In this document: one piece after another, positions 63,106 through 64,000 of the stretch
How the letters are laid out: every line of letters starts with the position of its first letter
Position numbering within the stretch: the first letter of the stretch is position 1
NCBI RefSeq assembly: GCF_052425735.1
Contig: NC_135761.1
Coordinates: 8,494,001 to 8,558,000, forward strand
From: Oculina patagonica
Taxonomy: Eukaryota
Length of the DNA stretch: 64,000 bases
Direction: 5' to 3'
Program-made: the position numbers and the translations under genes
Notes under the pieces: model-generated
Database searches by the model: none
What the model saw: only the letters and a program-made list of their open reading frames with translations
What the model was told of the DNA's origin: nothing

Positions 63106-64000
63106 TCATAAAACTACGATCCAAAATTTAAGCTTTGACACTGATCTAAATGTCCGTTCCACAATGATGTCCTCATTGTGATTTTTTCTCAGTGCATTCT
63201 TTACAGCTCGTCGTATTTCTCCAATTCTCCAGCAGTACACAAGAGGATTTAAAAAGGAGTTAATGAAAACAACAGTTGTCACGTAGTCATATGCAATTTT
63301 CAATGTAATTGTGTACCCAGTAAACGTTTCCAGAAAAATCGTCACAAAAAGTGGAAAAAAGAAAACTAATAACAAACCATTAACATAAAGTACAGTTATA
63401 GAAGATTTTCTACATTTGAGCACGTTTATCGTGTTGCTTTGAACACTTTGTTGTTGCTGGGATATCTGGCGCTGATGTCTGCGAACGATCTGAAATATCT
63501 TCAAGGTGCTTATGGCTGTAACAAGAAATGTAAGCAGTAGTACTACCACAGGAACAAAAAGCCACCCACTCATCCAAAACCTCAGCAAAACGACTGCAAA
63601 TGAAACTACCCACACGACAAAAACAGAAACCGTTATTCTACGAACGGTAACAACCTCGTTGTAGCGCAGATGAAGTGTTAAAGCGAGAAGTCGATCGATG
63701 GAGATTCCGCTTAGTGTTGCCAAGGACACGCCAGTGGTAGTATAGCTAGATATGCTCTGAATAATTCTGAAGGCACAGTAAGCGTTCGCGTTACCCACTA
63801 GTTCCGCGATGTGAAAGGCGACAAAAAAAGGCTGACAAATCACTCCGACGACAAGATCCGAAGCTGCGAGGCAAAACAGAAGGATGAAAGATGGCGAATG
63901 AAGTTCTTGTTTTCTCCAGATGACATGTAAAATAACAACATTACCAGTAGATGTTAACAGAGAAAACACAGTATTAAGAATAGACGTTAGAACACTTGCG
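63106..64000 (-). CDS. Intronless class A orphan GPCR, 5' end beyond window
   Basis: Open to the window edge (ASVLTSILNTVFSLL...); SIDRLLA, NPLVY. Confidence 0.93.
   Translation of the reverse strand, partial: ASVLTSILNTVFSLLTSTGNVVILHVIWRKQELHSPSFILLFCLAASDLVVGVICQPFFVAFHIAELVGNANAYCAFRIIQSISSYTTTGVSLATLSGISIDRLLALTLHLRYNEVVTVRRITVSVFVVWVVSFAVVLLRFWMSGWLFVPVVVLLLTFLVTAISTLKIFQIVRRHQRQISQQQQSVQSNTINVLKCRKSSITVLYVNGLLLVFFFPLFVTIFLETFTGYTITLKIAYDYVTTVVFINSFLNPLVYCWRIGEIRRAVKNALRKNHNEDIIVERTFRSVSKLKFWIVVL

Overview
AT-rich eukaryotic DNA, most likely from a cnidarian (stony-coral-like); this is inferred from the repeat and gene families. The backbone is a rapidly turning-over cluster of intronless rhodopsin-class orphan GPCR genes: three complete ORFs, one open ORF cut by the window end, one deleted pseudogene and one copy split by an insertion. 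Part of the cluster is built from a [tRNA-Glu + GPCR] tandem unit. A histone orphon (intact H2B/H2A, 5'-truncated H1 pieces, no H3/H4) interrupts it. A young inverted segmental duplication (~0.2-15.5 kb vs ~42.5-52.9 kb) supplies empty sites that define several insertions to the base. These include a Penelope-like element hosting a 7.8-kb Helentron-type composite, which carries a foldback transposon with a 5S-rRNA-derived unit in each long TIR. Other highlights are two tRNA-Glu bodies with a Lys (CTT) anticodon, several hammerhead-like motifs in Penelope-like ends, and DNA transposons with 5-, 6-, 8-, 9-bp, TA and TTAA target duplications. All comparisons were made by eye; no searches were run.
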